NCBI RefSeq assembly: GCF_964194155.1
Contig: NC_135901.1
Location: 25,854,001-25,918,000 of the forward strand
Length of the DNA: 64,000 nucleotides
Source: Cetorhinus maximus
Taxonomy: Eukaryota
Direction of reading: 5' to 3'
Of this stretch, positions 63,668 to 64,000 are shown one piece after another. Each line of letters begins with the position of its first letter. Position 1 is the first letter of the stretch. Both the position numbers and the translations under genes were made by a program. The notes beneath the pieces are model-generated. The model searched no databases and was not told the DNA's origin. It worked only from the letters and a program-made list of their open reading frames with translations.

Positions 63668-64000
63668 TAATCAGGGACAGTCAGCATGGCTTTGTCAGAG
63701 GGAAGTCATGCCTAACAAATTTGATTGAACGTTTTGAGGAGATGACCAGGTGTGTAGATGAGGGTAGTGCAGTTTATGTAGTTTATATAGATTTCAGTAA
63801 AGCCTTTGACAAGGTCCCACATGGGAGACTTATAAAGAAGGCAAATGCACATGGGATACAGGGTAATTTGATAAGGTGGATTCAAAATGGGCTTAGTTGT
63901 GGGAGACAGAGGATGATGACAGAAGGTTGCTTTCCTCACTGGAAGCCAGTGTCCAGTGGCATACCACAGGGATCTGTGCTGGGTCCCCTATTATTCGTCA
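63668..64000 (+). mobile_element. CR1 RT fragment (runs off the window)
   Basis: SQHGFVRGKSCLTNLIE..DFSKAFDKVPH..SGIPQGSVLGP. Confidence 0.9.

Overview
Vertebrate nuclear DNA, most likely a shark or other elasmobranch (inferred from the CR1/L2/Penelope/SINE repertoire and the ZNF style); no prokaryotic features. The window is a cluster of single-coding-exon, KRAB-less tandem C2H2 zinc-finger genes: six intact ORFs (A 5226-6350+, B 12128-12718+, D 20911-21837-, F 38163-39284+, H 49846-50748-, I 60521-61390-), two frameshifted pseudogenes (E, G) and smaller remnants, among CR1, L2, RTE, Vingi, SINE, LTR and Penelope-type fragments. Less obvious signals: (1) heavily decayed pol and env relics of an atypical endogenous retrovirus (tether + RNase H; env with a basic cleavage site, fusion peptide, heptads, TM, PPT and LTR) that were co-duplicated with ZNF units; (2) a reused CCAAT/GC-box/NRF1/YY1 CpG-rich promoter cassette whose retention tracks ORF integrity; (3) a fossil coding leader and fossil fingers in the 5' UTRs, implying start-codon relocation; (4) a stereotyped atypical two-finger cassette; (5) minimal hammerhead-ribozyme motifs in Penelope-type repeats, one forming a long hairpin in a ZNF promoter. 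Everything was read by eye with no database search. Repeat boundaries are approximate (tens of bp).
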